A stretch of DNA of 63,932 nucleotides, filler included, from Octopus bimaculoides (taxonomy: Eukaryota), in assembly GCF_001194135.2 (NCBI RefSeq). It is 7 parts of 6 records of this genome, joined end to end, with 100 filler letters (N's around TTAATTAATTAA, not from the genome) between each part and the next. Parts side by side here need not be neighbours in the genome. Positions count along the whole stretch, not along the records: positions 1 to 11,922 come from NC_068983.1; 6 more parts are not named here. The stretch is one strand, 5' to 3'. Below, piece by piece: positions 1 to 11,104 of the stretch. Positions within the stretch are counted from its first letter, which is position 1, and each line of letters begins with the position of its first letter. The notes below the pieces were generated by a model that saw only the letters and a program-made list of their open reading frames with translations, was not told where the DNA came from and did no database searches. The position numbers and the translations under genes were made by a program.

Positions 1-58
<58 letters not shown>
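1..58. repeat. (CA)n microsatellite, representative of hundreds of CA/TA/GA/TACA/TAC/GGT arrays
   Basis: Seen directly. Most N gaps are bordered by such arrays. Confidence 0.95.
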
Positions 59-67
<9 letters not shown>

Positions 68-1140
68 CATACATACATGTGACTGATAGCCGATTTCGAA
101 GAAGGAGCTTACTGTGATATCTGCACGATATGCTGAAACTATATTTTATCAAGAAACCCCTATAAGACCGGTTTCCCGGACTCTGTGAGGTTCAATTTGT
201 TCGATTAAGCCTTTCAAAATGGTACTACGACATGGGGTGACTGAAACAAGTAAAAGAGCTAAAGAGTAAAAGAATAAAACGTAACCAGACAATGCAAGTA
301 ATTTTGTCCAATGTTTCTCTAGCAATTCTTCAACTGCACATGTTGAATATTTTAAACATGATATTCAAGCTCTTTACCAAAGTCCTAAGATAGCCACCAC
401 GTACAAAGAGCATCGCTTGCAACTAGCTTCATACTGTCACTCTGGAGTATGATATCTTATCAACTGTGAGGCTGTTGAATGATAATTTCTAATAACTTAA
501 TATACGGTTTTATATTAGTGTATTTAGTTTTGATGCGAAATTAGGCAGCATCGCTAGATAACAGAGGTTTTCGCAGCCCGGAATGAGAGATGAACCGACT
601 GGTTTCGTTTTCTTTACAACACATTCTCGATTCGTACTCCTACTCCCCCAAAACAAACAACCGAACCATTGTAACGCATATATCTATTATATTAAAGTGC
701 TAACAGTAAATTCCTGTGGCGTTAACAATCTCTCACGCTGTGAACAGTGTCGTAAAAGTGTTTGCGCGGTAGAGAAAGAGGGGTGATTCAAATGAAGGCT
801 ACTTGCACGTGTACACGCACACATGCGCACACGCATGTGCGCACACACATACGAATACTATTGCTGCATGTATTTGTATTCGCACACATGTATTCGCACA
901 CAGACGACAATTAGTTGTGTGCGTGAATAAATGTGAACGAGAGTGTAGTGGGGAGGAGTTTATGTGTATATGTGTGCATGCCATCAGCTTGCGTATATAT
1001 AGGGAACTAAAAGAGGACTTTCACTAATGTCTATCATCAAGTTATAAACGAGCAAAATATTCCATTTCATTCTACTTTAGTAGTTTCATTCATTTGTTAA
1101 ATTTATTCTGTATATTTTGAGTTGGATTTATATATATATA

Positions 1141-1446
1141 TATTCACATATAAAGTGTATAAAGGTACATACACACAAAGAGAAGCCCTCTGATAGGAGT
1201 TCTTACATGTTAGAAAGGGCAGTTAAACCCAACCACGAAAAAATAGTTCAAAAGGCACGCCGAGAAAGCGCTAAAATGAATGGAATTATTATTTTTTAGT
1301 TAATCTCATACTCGAGTTTCGCTTTGAATTATTTTGAATTATTTTTTCGTGGTTGGGTTTAACTGCCCTTTCTAGCATGTAAGAAGTCCTGCCAGAGGGC
1401 TTCTCTTTCTGTGTGTATACCTTTATACTCTTTATGTATGAAAATA
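1141..1446. mobile_element. Foldback/MITE-like element with about 110-bp inverted arms
   Basis: 1141-1253 is the imperfect reverse complement of 1331-1446, with a spacer of about 75 nt. The ORF track shows the same peptide (KEKPS.R.SYMLERAVKPNHEKI) on both strands. Confidence 0.7.
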
Positions 1447-1548
1447 TGTTTGTCTTATGACTTTTATCACGTATGCGAACCACTGGTAATGAATTTTTCT
1501 AATTTTTTCCCCTTATGATTTACTCAGTATATATATATATATATATCG

Positions 1549-1637
1549 TGCAGCTGAAGATTGCTCTTCATATTGCATTTAAGGTAATGCTCACATTACT
1601 TAAATAAATTGAAGTAGCATGAAACGTGCGTACTGCA
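1549..1637 (+). ncRNA. Type I hammerhead ribozyme candidate (Penelope/retrozyme-type)
   Basis: Helix I is UGCAG(1549-53)/CUGCA(1633-37). The core is CUGAAGA (1554-60). Helix II is UGCUCUUCA(1562-70)/UGAAG-U-AGCA(1610-19), followed by GAAA (1621-24). Helix III is the short self-complementary ACGUGCGU, and the cleavage triplet is GUA (cut after 1632). The 10.1-11.1 position is a non-canonical U.U. Confidence 0.6.
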
Positions 1638-1799
1638 ATCACTTTTGAAATCCGTGTTGCTTATTATTTGATTTTAATCACCCATCCTTTTGGGATGTGA
1701 AATTCGGGTGCCTTCGCATAAGTACCATATTCTAGCCTTGAATCTATATCTAAACCGTCTATATATATATATATATATATAAATAATATATAAATATAT

Positions 1800-2030
1800 G
1801 CATATATCCATACATATATGTACATACCTACATCTATATGTATACATACATGCATACATGGGTACAGGACATCAAGAAAAACGTTAAACAATGAGAAATG
1901 AAAACATAAAAACGAAAGCAGAAAACGAACTTTTTTCGAACAACGGGAAAAAAACAAACAGACGAACGAGACATACAACATAAAGAGTATATCCCTTCGT
2001 CAGTTGTCACTGTTCCATCTACTCCGCGTG
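1800..2030 (-). mobile_element. Non-autonomous Penelope-like repeat (family P2)
   Basis: It shares the motif gaaac..gagtagat..acag..gacaactga(c/t)gaaggg with copies at 42440-42700 (-) and 45420-45620 (+), and is flanked by TA/CA microsatellites. Confidence 0.5.
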
Positions 2031-2079
<49 letters not shown>

Positions 2080-2149
2080 TTATACATACATACATATATA
2101 TGTACATACACACACTCACACACACGCACACACACATATATACATGCGA

Positions 2150-2335
2150 TAAATAGAAGCGGTGACGAGTGACATTTTTCTCTCTCCATGTTTCCTCTCA
2201 ATCCTTTCTGTCAAAGAGCGTAGGCTCGAAACGTCAAAGACTTTTCCATTCTTCCCGAGCGGCAAACTAATACACCTACTTGTTGTTCCTTCACCTGTCT
2301 TTGTCTTTTGTTTTCTGTACATTTGAACCATGTAT
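2150..2335 (+). mobile_element. Non-autonomous Penelope-like repeat (family P1) with hammerhead-like fold, copy 1
   Basis: Reads cttt-ctgtcaa-a-gagc gtag gctc-gaaac-gtc-aaag (2204-2239), followed by ttcccgagcg..aaactaatacacc..cttgttgttcc. Homologous to 12455-12625 and 33850-34050. Confidence 0.6.
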
Positions 2336-2599
2336 ATATATATATCCCACTTACTGACTTTGTGCCCAATATAAGAAAGAATTATAAACGATCAGTTAAT
2401 TCATTCACTCCAGAATGTATAGCGAAAAGGAAGTTAGTTGACATAATGCTTTAAAGGGTCAGCTTTTGATGTATTTATTTCGTGTTTTCAGTGATAAACT
2501 CAAGATGACCCTTGGAGAGCCACAATACCCTGTTACCCCATCTTTTTATATTAAAAATAAAATTATAAATTACAACTCTATATAGTTTACAATGAAACT

Positions 2600-3134
2600 G
2601 GCCATCAACATCAGGGTATGTATGTATGTATGTATGTATGTTTGTATGCATGTATGTATGTATATGTGCAAATTTACATGGTTTGCTTTATGTATTCTTC
2701 TCATGCATATAGTTGCATATCTAGACATGCTCATATATATTTGAATGCTAAACTTCTGGAAAGTTCCAGTAATGGATTAGATCTGCAGTTTTTTAATTAG
2801 CTTTTTCCTTTCTTGTTTTAAGAAACCTAATTTCTCAAGATTGGTACTTAGGCAGTGTGTTACATATCTCAGGGCACCAATAATTACAGGTATAAACCTG
2901 AACTTGTAATCTGGATAGAGTAACTGCAGATTTCTCAATAGTTCAGCGTAGGTATTCGTTTTCATTGATCTTCAGCTTTATGTTAACATCCGCTGGGCAG
3001 CTAATTTTCATAACTTCCCTATCCCTAATCATTATATCAGGTCTGTTGTGCTTACATTTTATTGAAGTCTCCACTGTGACATCCCACCAGTACTCCTTTT
3101 TATTATGAGTGGCTATGGCTTCCTCCATACTGTG
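2600..3134 (-). mobile_element. 5'-truncated, decayed R4/Dong-clade non-LTR retrotransposon (restriction-like endonuclease region)
   Basis: Minus frames give KEYWWDVTVETSIKCKHNRPDIMIRD..ISCPADVNI and ELLRNLQLLYPDYKFRFIPVIIGAL, the RPD-type RLE motif of R4/Dong. Frameshifted. Confidence 0.85.
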
Positions 3135-3158
3135 ATGTATGTATGTATGTATGTATGT

Positions 3159-4411
3159 TATCAATCAGTTTCATTTCTGTATTTCTTGTCCACAGAGAAA
3201 GAGCCGGACTCTAACATAGATTCAAGGCTCCTTCATTGGAACTTTTATCAACATCAACTAGGTATTTGTGCATATGTGTATGCGCAGATTTGTATGTTTG
3301 TTTTATGGATGCGTTTTTATGTCTAGATGCATGCATATGTATTTATGTGCTAAATTTTTGGAAAGTTTTACATATCTTTACAGTTCCATTGATGGCTNNN
3401 NNNNNNNNNNNNNNNNNNNNNNNNNNNNNNNNNNNNNNNNNNNNNNNNNNNNNNNNNNNNNNNNNNNNNNNNNNNNNNNNNNNNNNNNNNNNNNNNNNNN
3501 NNNNNNNNNNNNNNNNNNNNNNNNNNNNNNNNNNNNNNNNNNNNNNNNNNNNNNNNNNNNNNNNNNNNNNNNNNNNNNNNNNNNNNNNNNNNNNNNNNNN
3601 NNNNNNNNNNNNNNNNNNNNNNNNNNNNNNNNNNNNNNNNNNNNNNNNNNNNNNNNNNNNNNNNNNNNNNNNNNNNNNNNNNNNNNNNNNNNNNNNNNNN
3701 NNNNNNNNNNNNNNNNNNNNNNNNNNNNNNNNNNNNNNNNNNNNNNNNNNNNNNNNNNNNNNNNNNNNNNNNNNNNNNNNNNNNNNNNNNNNNNNNNNNN
3801 NNNNNNNNNNNNNNNNNNNNNNNNNNNNNNNNNNNNNNNNNNNNNNNNNNNNNNNNNNNNNNNNNNNNNNNNNNNNNNNNNNNNNNNNNNNNNNNNNNNN
3901 NNNNNNNNNNNNNNNNNNNNNNNNNNNNNNNNNNNNNNNNNNNNNNNNNNNNNNNNNNNNNNNNNNNNNNNNNNNNNNNNNNNNNNNNNNNNNNNNNNNN
4001 NNNNNNNNNNNNNNNNNNNNNNNNNNNNNNNNNNNNNNNNNNNNNNNNNNNNNNNNNNNNNNNNNNNNNNNNNNNNNNNNNNNNNNNNNNNNNNNNNNNN
4101 NNNNNNNNNNNNNNNNNNNNNNNNNNNNNNNNNNNNNNNNNNNNNNNNNNNNNNNNNNNNNNNNNNNNNNNNNNNNNNNNNNNNNNNNNNNNNNNNNNNN
4201 NNNNNNNNNNNNNNNNNNNNNNNNNNNNNNNNNNNNNNNNNNNNNNNNNNNNNNNNNTAGCAAAGGCATACCCTTCAAAGTGAGAGTTGGTGACCCGATT
4301 GTTTGTCCACGATAGACTGCTCTGGTTGTCAATGTTGTTATCACCCTGGAGCTTTCTGTTAACGTATCCATGCATGGTCTTCTGCTGGAATGCATTCATC
4401 CTCTCCTCTGA
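3159..4411 (-). mobile_element. Second R4/Dong-clade copy (5'-truncated, middle lies in an N gap)
   Basis: 4258-4411 gives EERMNAFQQKTMHGYVNRKLQGDNNIDNQSSLSWTNNRVTNSHFEGYAFA (post-RT region). 3159-3397 gives the C-terminus AINGTVKICKTFQKFST* and a 3' UTR homologous to the copy at 2600-3134, ending at an (ACAT)n array. Confidence 0.8.
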
Positions 4412-4746
4412 TGTTATGTATGTATGTATGTATGTATGTATGTATGTATGTATGTATGTATGTATGTATGTATGTATGTATGTATGTATGTTGATAGGTA
4501 GGCAGGTAGGTAGGTTGCCAGTCAAGCAGTCTTTTAATCTCGAAAGATGTTTCAAATCAGTCGTGTAGTCCAGCTATTTAAGTACAAAATCTTTGATGGA
4601 ATCGTAATTCTAGCAATATGAAAATGTAATGTTTTGAAACAGACGTCAGCGAAAGCCGTGAACATCGCATATGTTTATGTGAGTTTGTATTTCTAGAGAG
4701 CTATATATGTTAATACACACACACAAATACACACACACACACACAA

Positions 4747-4779
<33 letters not shown>

Positions 4780-4899
4780 TACACACACACACACACACAC
4801 ACACACGTATATCAGTATACACCGACATACACGCACACCACACGCACATATTTATCTATACACATGTATATGCACCCACACACATGCATATATATGTGA

Positions 4900-4940
<41 letters not shown>

Positions 4941-6084
4941 CACACGCACACGTGAACATATAGCCGCGTGATGTTCTGACTAATATAACGGGATTAAGAT
5001 ATAAATTGATTAATGAACAACGAACGATATGGAAGCTACTAGCTGAAGTGTCACGTGTCAAGCAGAGATAGATTGCGTTCATGCTGCGTTTTATACGAAG
5101 GACTTAATTCCTAGCAGATTCTGGAGAAAATATCTTCCCTATCAACTATATCAATACTTTGAGCATATCCTGTGACGACTTCCTGCTTGACTTTGCCTAC
5201 GATGCATTAGTTATTAAAATCAATTTAAATGTGTCAAAAATACCCAAATGTAAACTGAAGACTATATGTAGGCCTTCGTTTTTGTCGCATAAAAATATGG
5301 TGAAGGATAGTTCGTGTTGGCTAAGCGACAAGACCTAGATTTTATTTAATTCACATAGGCTTGCTTTTTCTTTTCTTTTTGTTTTTGTCTCAGGAAAAAT
5401 GGTTTATTTCGGCTGTTGTTACTTAAACTATAAAATACTTTAGGACTTCTAAGGCATTAGTGGAGCTATTTGCTCTAATTAAGGATGAAAGCTGAGCTGT
5501 AGTCACAGCCCTGCTGGAGTTTATTCTTTGTTCCACTATTGTTACATCGAACATTAATTTCTTATGTTACTAGTGGTGTGAGTAGCAAGACTGTTTAAAT
5601 CGATTTCCCACTATAGTATTGGGGTTTATACTGGTTGAAAGGTATAGAAAAGGATATCAATGAAATTTGAACTTAGAATATAAAATGACATGAAAACATC
5701 TAAACTGAAACTCTATAGTTTATGTCTCACGAGTGCCTTCCCTGAATCTAATATAGCGAAATAAGGCTTTCGGTTGATTTGACACTTGGCATGTATTTTT
5801 AGAGAAACAAGGAGACTGTCTGACTGAAACGGCACCAATATATTACGTATCCTTCTTTGTCACTTCGTTGTTTGAATTTAAGTTCCGTCAAGGCTAACAT
5901 TTGTTTGTCATCTTTCCGAGGTAGTGTTACCATATTTTTTAAATATGCAACCGGAACAGGAAAGGATCTCAGTTTACACATCCAAAATACACATACAGAG
6001 ACACACAGACAGATAGACAGACAGACAGACACACAGACACACACACTCTGTACATCTTTTTTCTCGAGAATAAGAGTTATTTAT

Positions 6085-6335
6085 GGTAAAGGCTGGTGGC
6101 TAAGGTGTTGCTCACACAATCGCAAGATCGCGGTTTCGACTCACAGACTGAGAGTTGCATTGTGTTCTTGTGCCAAACACTTAATTTTACGTTGTTCCAG
6201 TCCATTTAGCTGTAAATAAGCTCCAGCATTAGCTGGGAAGTTAACCCTGCAACAGACCGGCGTCCCATTCAGGGATAGTGTTATCAGTGATATGTTATGA
6301 AAACCATGTTAAGCTCCGGTCATATGGGTCTTAAG
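6085..6335 (+). mobile_element. tRNA-derived SINE, family C (CORE-like centre)
   Basis: A-box-like ggtggctaagg, B-box-like ggtttcgactc, a CORE-like ttgtgttcttgtgccaaacactt, and aaccctgcaacagaccggcgtcccattcaggg. Confidence 0.7.
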
Positions 6336-6424
6336 ATTCATGTTAGACCAAAGCTTAAGTAAGTAATAACTATTAGCGATAGAAGCAGGATAAATATCAA
6401 AAGGTAATATTTATCATCTCGAAC

Positions 6425-6832
6425 GCAGCGAGCTGGCAGAATCGTTAGCACACCGGGAAAAATTCTTAAAGGCATTTCGTCCGTCTTTACGTTCTGAGTG
6501 CAAATCCCACCGAGGTCGACTTTGCCTTTTATCCTTTCGGAGTCGATAAAATAAATACCAGTTGAACACTGGGGTCGATCTAATTGATCAGCTCCCTCCT
6601 CCGGACTTGCTGGGCTTTTACCTTGCTGGCCTATTCTGAGGTCGATAAAATAAAGTACCAGTCGGGCACTGTGGTCAATATAATCGGCTGTTTCAAGGCG
6701 GCAAGCTGGCTGAATCGTTAGCACACCGGATAAAATGCTTAGCGCCATCTCGTCCGTCTTCATATTCTGGGTTCAAATTTAGCCGAGGTCGACTTTGTCT
6801 TTCATCTTTTCGGGGTCAATAAAATAAGTACC
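6425..6832 (+). mobile_element. Head-to-tail cluster of family B SINE copies (about 2.5 copies)
   Basis: Repeated gagctggcagaatcgttagcac..ttctgagttcaaat..gaggtcgactttgcctttcatcctttcggggtcgataaaataagtacc. Confidence 0.85.
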
Positions 6833-7103
6833 NNNNNNNNNNNNNNNNNNNNNNNNNNNNNNNNNNNNNNNNNNNNNNNNNNNNNNNNNNNNNNNNNNNN
6901 NNNNNNNNNNNNNNNNNNNNNNNNNNNNNNNNNNNNNNNNNNNNNNNNNNNNNNNNNNNNNNNNNNNNNNNNNNNNNNNNNNNNNNNNNNNNNNNNNNNN
7001 NNNNNNNNNNNNNNNNNNNNNNNNNNNNNNNNNNNNNNNNNNNNNNNNNNNNNNNNNNNNNNNNNNNNNNNNNNNNNNNNNNNNNNNNNNNNNNNNNNNN
7101 NNN

Positions 7104-7257
7104 GGCTGTGTGGTAAGTAGCTTGCTTACCAACCACATGGTTCCGGGTTCAGTCCCACTGCGTGGCACCTTGGGCAAGTGTCTTCTACTATAGTCTCGGG
7201 CCGACCAAAGCCTTGTGAGTGGATTTGGTAGACGGAAACTGAAAGAAGCCCATCGTA

Positions 7258-7320
<63 letters not shown>

Positions 7321-7530
7321 ATGTTTGTGTGTCTGTGTTTGTGCCCCCAACATCGCTTGACAACCGATGATGGTGTGTTTACATCCCCGTAACTTAGCGA
7401 TTCGGCAAAAAAACCGATAGAATAAGTACTAGGCTTCCAAAGAATAAGTACTGGGGTCGATTTTCTCGACTGAAGGCGGTGCTCCAGCATGGCCGCAGTC
7501 AAAATGACTGAAACAAGTAAAAGAGTAGAG
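7104..7530 (+). mobile_element. tRNA-derived SINE, family A (octopus OK/OR-type), near full length with an internal (TA)n(TG)n array
   Basis: Head ggctgtgtggtaagtagcttgcttaccaaccacatggttccgggttcagtccc, CORE-like caccttgggcaagtgtctt, tail ccagcatggccgcagtcaaaatgactgaaacaagtaaaaga. Confidence 0.9.
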
Positions 7531-7821
7531 AGAGTATCAATTCATGTATTTTGATTTCCATATATTAATCACTAATCTACGTATATTACCTTCTCTTCTC
7601 CTGTCTCAATATATCTCTCTTGTCCTATGATTTCCCGAAGCACTCTTCTATCACTTTGTGTATTCTCCTGCCTCTGTGTGTTAATGGAGGCCGTCCAGTA
7701 TTGTTTATAACTTTCTTGTGTACTTATCCATTTCGGTAAGTTTGGTTTTCATCTTTCAGAAAGACTGCGTGTTATAAGAATTATCAAAATATTGATTCAT
7801 CATTCAATATTTCAATATTTT

Positions 7822-8255
7822 TACGCCGGGCGAAATGCTTTGCGGTATTTCGTCTGTCTTTACGTTCTGAGTTCAAATTCCGCCGAGGTCGACTTTGCCT
7901 TTCATCATTTCGGGGTCGATAAATTAAGTACCAGTTGCATACTGGGTTCGATCTAATCGACTTGTCACCTCCCCCAAAATTTCGCGCCATGTGCCTAGAG
8001 TAGAAAAAAATATTTCAATATTTCTACAATTTAAAGGTGGCGATTTTGCAGAATCGTTGGAGCATCCGAGAGAAAATGATTTGTGATATTTGTTGGGGCC
8101 CTATATGTTTCAAGCTCAAATCCTGCCGAAATCATCATCGTCTTTCTTTGCCCCGGGCCGAAAAAGTAATGTACCAATCAATTATTGAGGCCAATTAGAT
8201 CGACTGACCTCTTCCCTCTGAAATTGATGGCCTTCTCCCTGAATCAGAAACCATT
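7822..8255 (+). mobile_element. Two head-to-tail family B SINE copies
   Basis: A well-conserved copy at 7822-8012 is followed by a diverged copy starting ggtggcgattttgcagaatcgtt at about 8035. Confidence 0.75.
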
Positions 8256-8289
8256 ATTTCTGATGAAATTTCTCACAAACTTTGTAGCT

Positions 8290-8425
8290 ACCTGGGAAGA
8301 AATTTGCTTCATAACCACATTGTTCCGGGTTCAGTCCAACTGCGTGGCACTTTGAGCAAATGTCTTCTATTTTATCCCCGGGCTGACTAAAACCTTGCGA
8401 GTGGATGTGGTAGACAAAAGCTGAA
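8290..8425 (-). mobile_element. Family A SINE 5' fragment
   Basis: Reverse-complement homology to the family A head (ccgggttcagtcc..ctgcgtggcac..gagcaaatgtcttcta). Confidence 0.65.
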
Positions 8426-9804
8426 AAATGCTCGTAACTTATATATATAAATGTCGAACAAAGAGAATGAGTGCTAAACACCGCATTATTGGATAAATAA
8501 TCCTTATAAAGTATGTGTATGTATATACATTCATACATGCAAATATATGTGTGTGTGTGTGTATGTGTGTGTAATGTATGTATGTATGTATGTGAGTGTA
8601 TATACTTATATACATACGTATATACAAATATATATATATACATGCGCGCATGTGAGAGAGAGGGTTTTTGTGTTTGTCCCCCAACCCTGCTTGACCACTG
8701 GTGGTACCTTTATATTCCTGTAACTAGCGGTTCGGCAAAAGAGATCAGGCATAAAAAAAGTACCGGAGCAAGTAAAAGGTCAAAGGTTATAACTTTTACC
8801 TGTTCCAGTATCTATTCTGGTTCTTTTGAAAGTGATTAATTCCTTAATTATAGACAGTACCTTTTCACTAATGTCACACTCAGATGAGAAACGGCATTGC
8901 CCATCACCACTGATAGAAAGAAGGGTAGGAATTATACTCAGGCTGGAGACATAACTCGAATGCTTGTTTTAGAACGGACTCCGTTAAACGAACCAATGAG
9001 TCACGTGATGATGTTAAACGAGAAGTCGACTCCAGGACGGCGGAATTTAAATTTAGAAAGTAAAGAGCTGTAGCAAACTTCACTGAGCATTTTGCCCGAC
9101 TTTATAATGAGTCTATTAAGCCACCATCTTTAGCAAACGACGTCTAGGATTTCGATCGAGTGGGGCTCTCACTTACTAAAATAGATTCATGTAGTTTATA
9201 TAAAAATACATAAAAATCAAAAGAAATTTTAGATAATAATCATAATTGCTTAGAACTGCAGCGGTGGGGGTTGCGTTTCCGTCTGAACTTGTGGTGTCTC
9301 CCTGCTGATAACGTCTGCGTATAATGACTAAATTTATTACAGTTATAATTAAGAAGCCTTCAACAAACATAATTAAAATGGATTAATTACAGCAGGGAAA
9401 TAAAATAAGATATAAATGAAAGAAAGTAAATTCTTTTGTAGGGTTGACAAGGCAATGTCAATTGATTTTAATAACTTCAATAGGAAATCAATAGAATTTC
9501 GTCATTTGAGAACTGAAGTTGCTAACAGCTGCGCTATGATAACAGCCATAACAAATTGATAGAAGATGGTGGATACCCGCGGACGCTAGCGGCATGAAAA
9601 GGAAACAGCTAAGTAGATACTAACATAAATTATTGAGCAAAGAAATTTTGTCTAATAAAATCATATTCGTAATGAGGAGGAAATTGATTAATTCATAATC
9701 TAAATCAGTGGTTCTCAAACATTTATTATCCATGAACCCCTTCATTTCTTATTTTATTCTACTGGTCCTTCTTAGTCATTCGATGTTTAACAAATCCTAT
9801 TATA

Positions 9805-10202
9805 GGCGCAGGAGTGGCTGTATGGTAAGTAGCTTGCTTACCAACCATATGGTTCCAGGTTCAGTCCCACTGCGTGGAACCTTGGGCAAGTGTCTTCTAC
9901 TATAGCCTCGGGCCGACCAGGGCCTTGTGAGTGGATTTGATAGACGGAAGCTGAAAGAAACCCGTCGTATATATATATATATACATACATGTGTGTGTGT
10001 GTGTGTTTGTCCCCCCACCATTGCTTGACAAATGAAGTTGGCTTGTTTACGTCCCCGTAACTTAGCGGTTCGGCAAAAGAATCCGATATAATAAGTACTA
10101 GGCTTACAAAGAATAAGCTCTGGGGTCGATTTGTTCGACTAAAGGCGGTGCTCCAGCATGGCCACAGTCAAATGATTAAAGCAAATATAGGAATAAAAGA
10201 AT
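9805..10202 (+). mobile_element. Family A SINE, near full length
   Basis: ggcgcaggagtggctgtatggtaagtagcttgcttacc ... ggtgctccagcatggccacagtcaaatgatt, with an internal TA/TG array. Confidence 0.9.
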
Positions 10203-11073
10203 ACTTTTAGAATTAAATATTATTTGGAATTGTATTAAAAAATTGCAAAATTATTTTATGCATAGAAATATAACCAATTTATTGCAAATAACACTGGGTA
10301 AGAAAATTAATTTTTTTTTGTCTTTGGCCAGTAAATGTTAATTCCTGTTTGCTTCTATCTAGATATCAAACTTTGTTTTTGTGACCTGACATCAATTTCT
10401 TGAAACTGACCTATTTTCCATTACATTTCAGATAAATTTAGCGCTGAGTTGCAGCAGTAGAAATATCGTTGTAGCAAATATTCTGCTCAGAACCATAGAT
10501 TTACTTGTCAGATGCTTGACCGTAACCAGTTGAGCATGTCCCTTAGTGGCTGACATTATATACATCTCTGATCACGAGCAGGAGTAGTTGGAGAACATCA
10601 GAGCCATGTGTTGAGAGGGATTCTTTGGGTTTTGAATAAATGCCACAAAAGTAAAGTTTGAAGGAAAGAGCCATTTTACATACTTTCTAGGGGAAAGCAA
10701 ATAGGAAATAACAGTTGCCACCCAAGGACAAAAATCGTGTTACACAGTGTAAGAAAATCTTATATGGACATCCAAAGGTCACTAGATCCCAGTTGAGAGC
10801 TGCAAATTAATTCATAATCTTAAGGGTTGATTCTGGTTGAGAAAGACAAGGGAGACAACCATGCAATTTACATTAATCAAGCTTAGAGTACAGTAGAGAG
10901 TCTCATCTTTGGCAATACAGCGACGATTACACACATATTTCGATATTACGAATGAATACATTTACACGCACTTGAACGCTAATCTGTGTGTGTGTGTGTG
11001 TATGTGTGTGTGTGTATATGTGTGTGGTGTGTGTGTGTGTATGTGTGTGTGTGTGAGTGAATCTAACGGTTTT

Positions 11074-11104
<31 letters not shown>

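Noticed and set aside
5047-5340. Two overlapping stop-free frames (AEIDCVHAAFYTKDLIPSRFWRKYLPYQLY..; ADSGENIFPINYINTL..)
   Set aside because: There is no recognisable family and splice signals are weak. Such frames are expected by chance.
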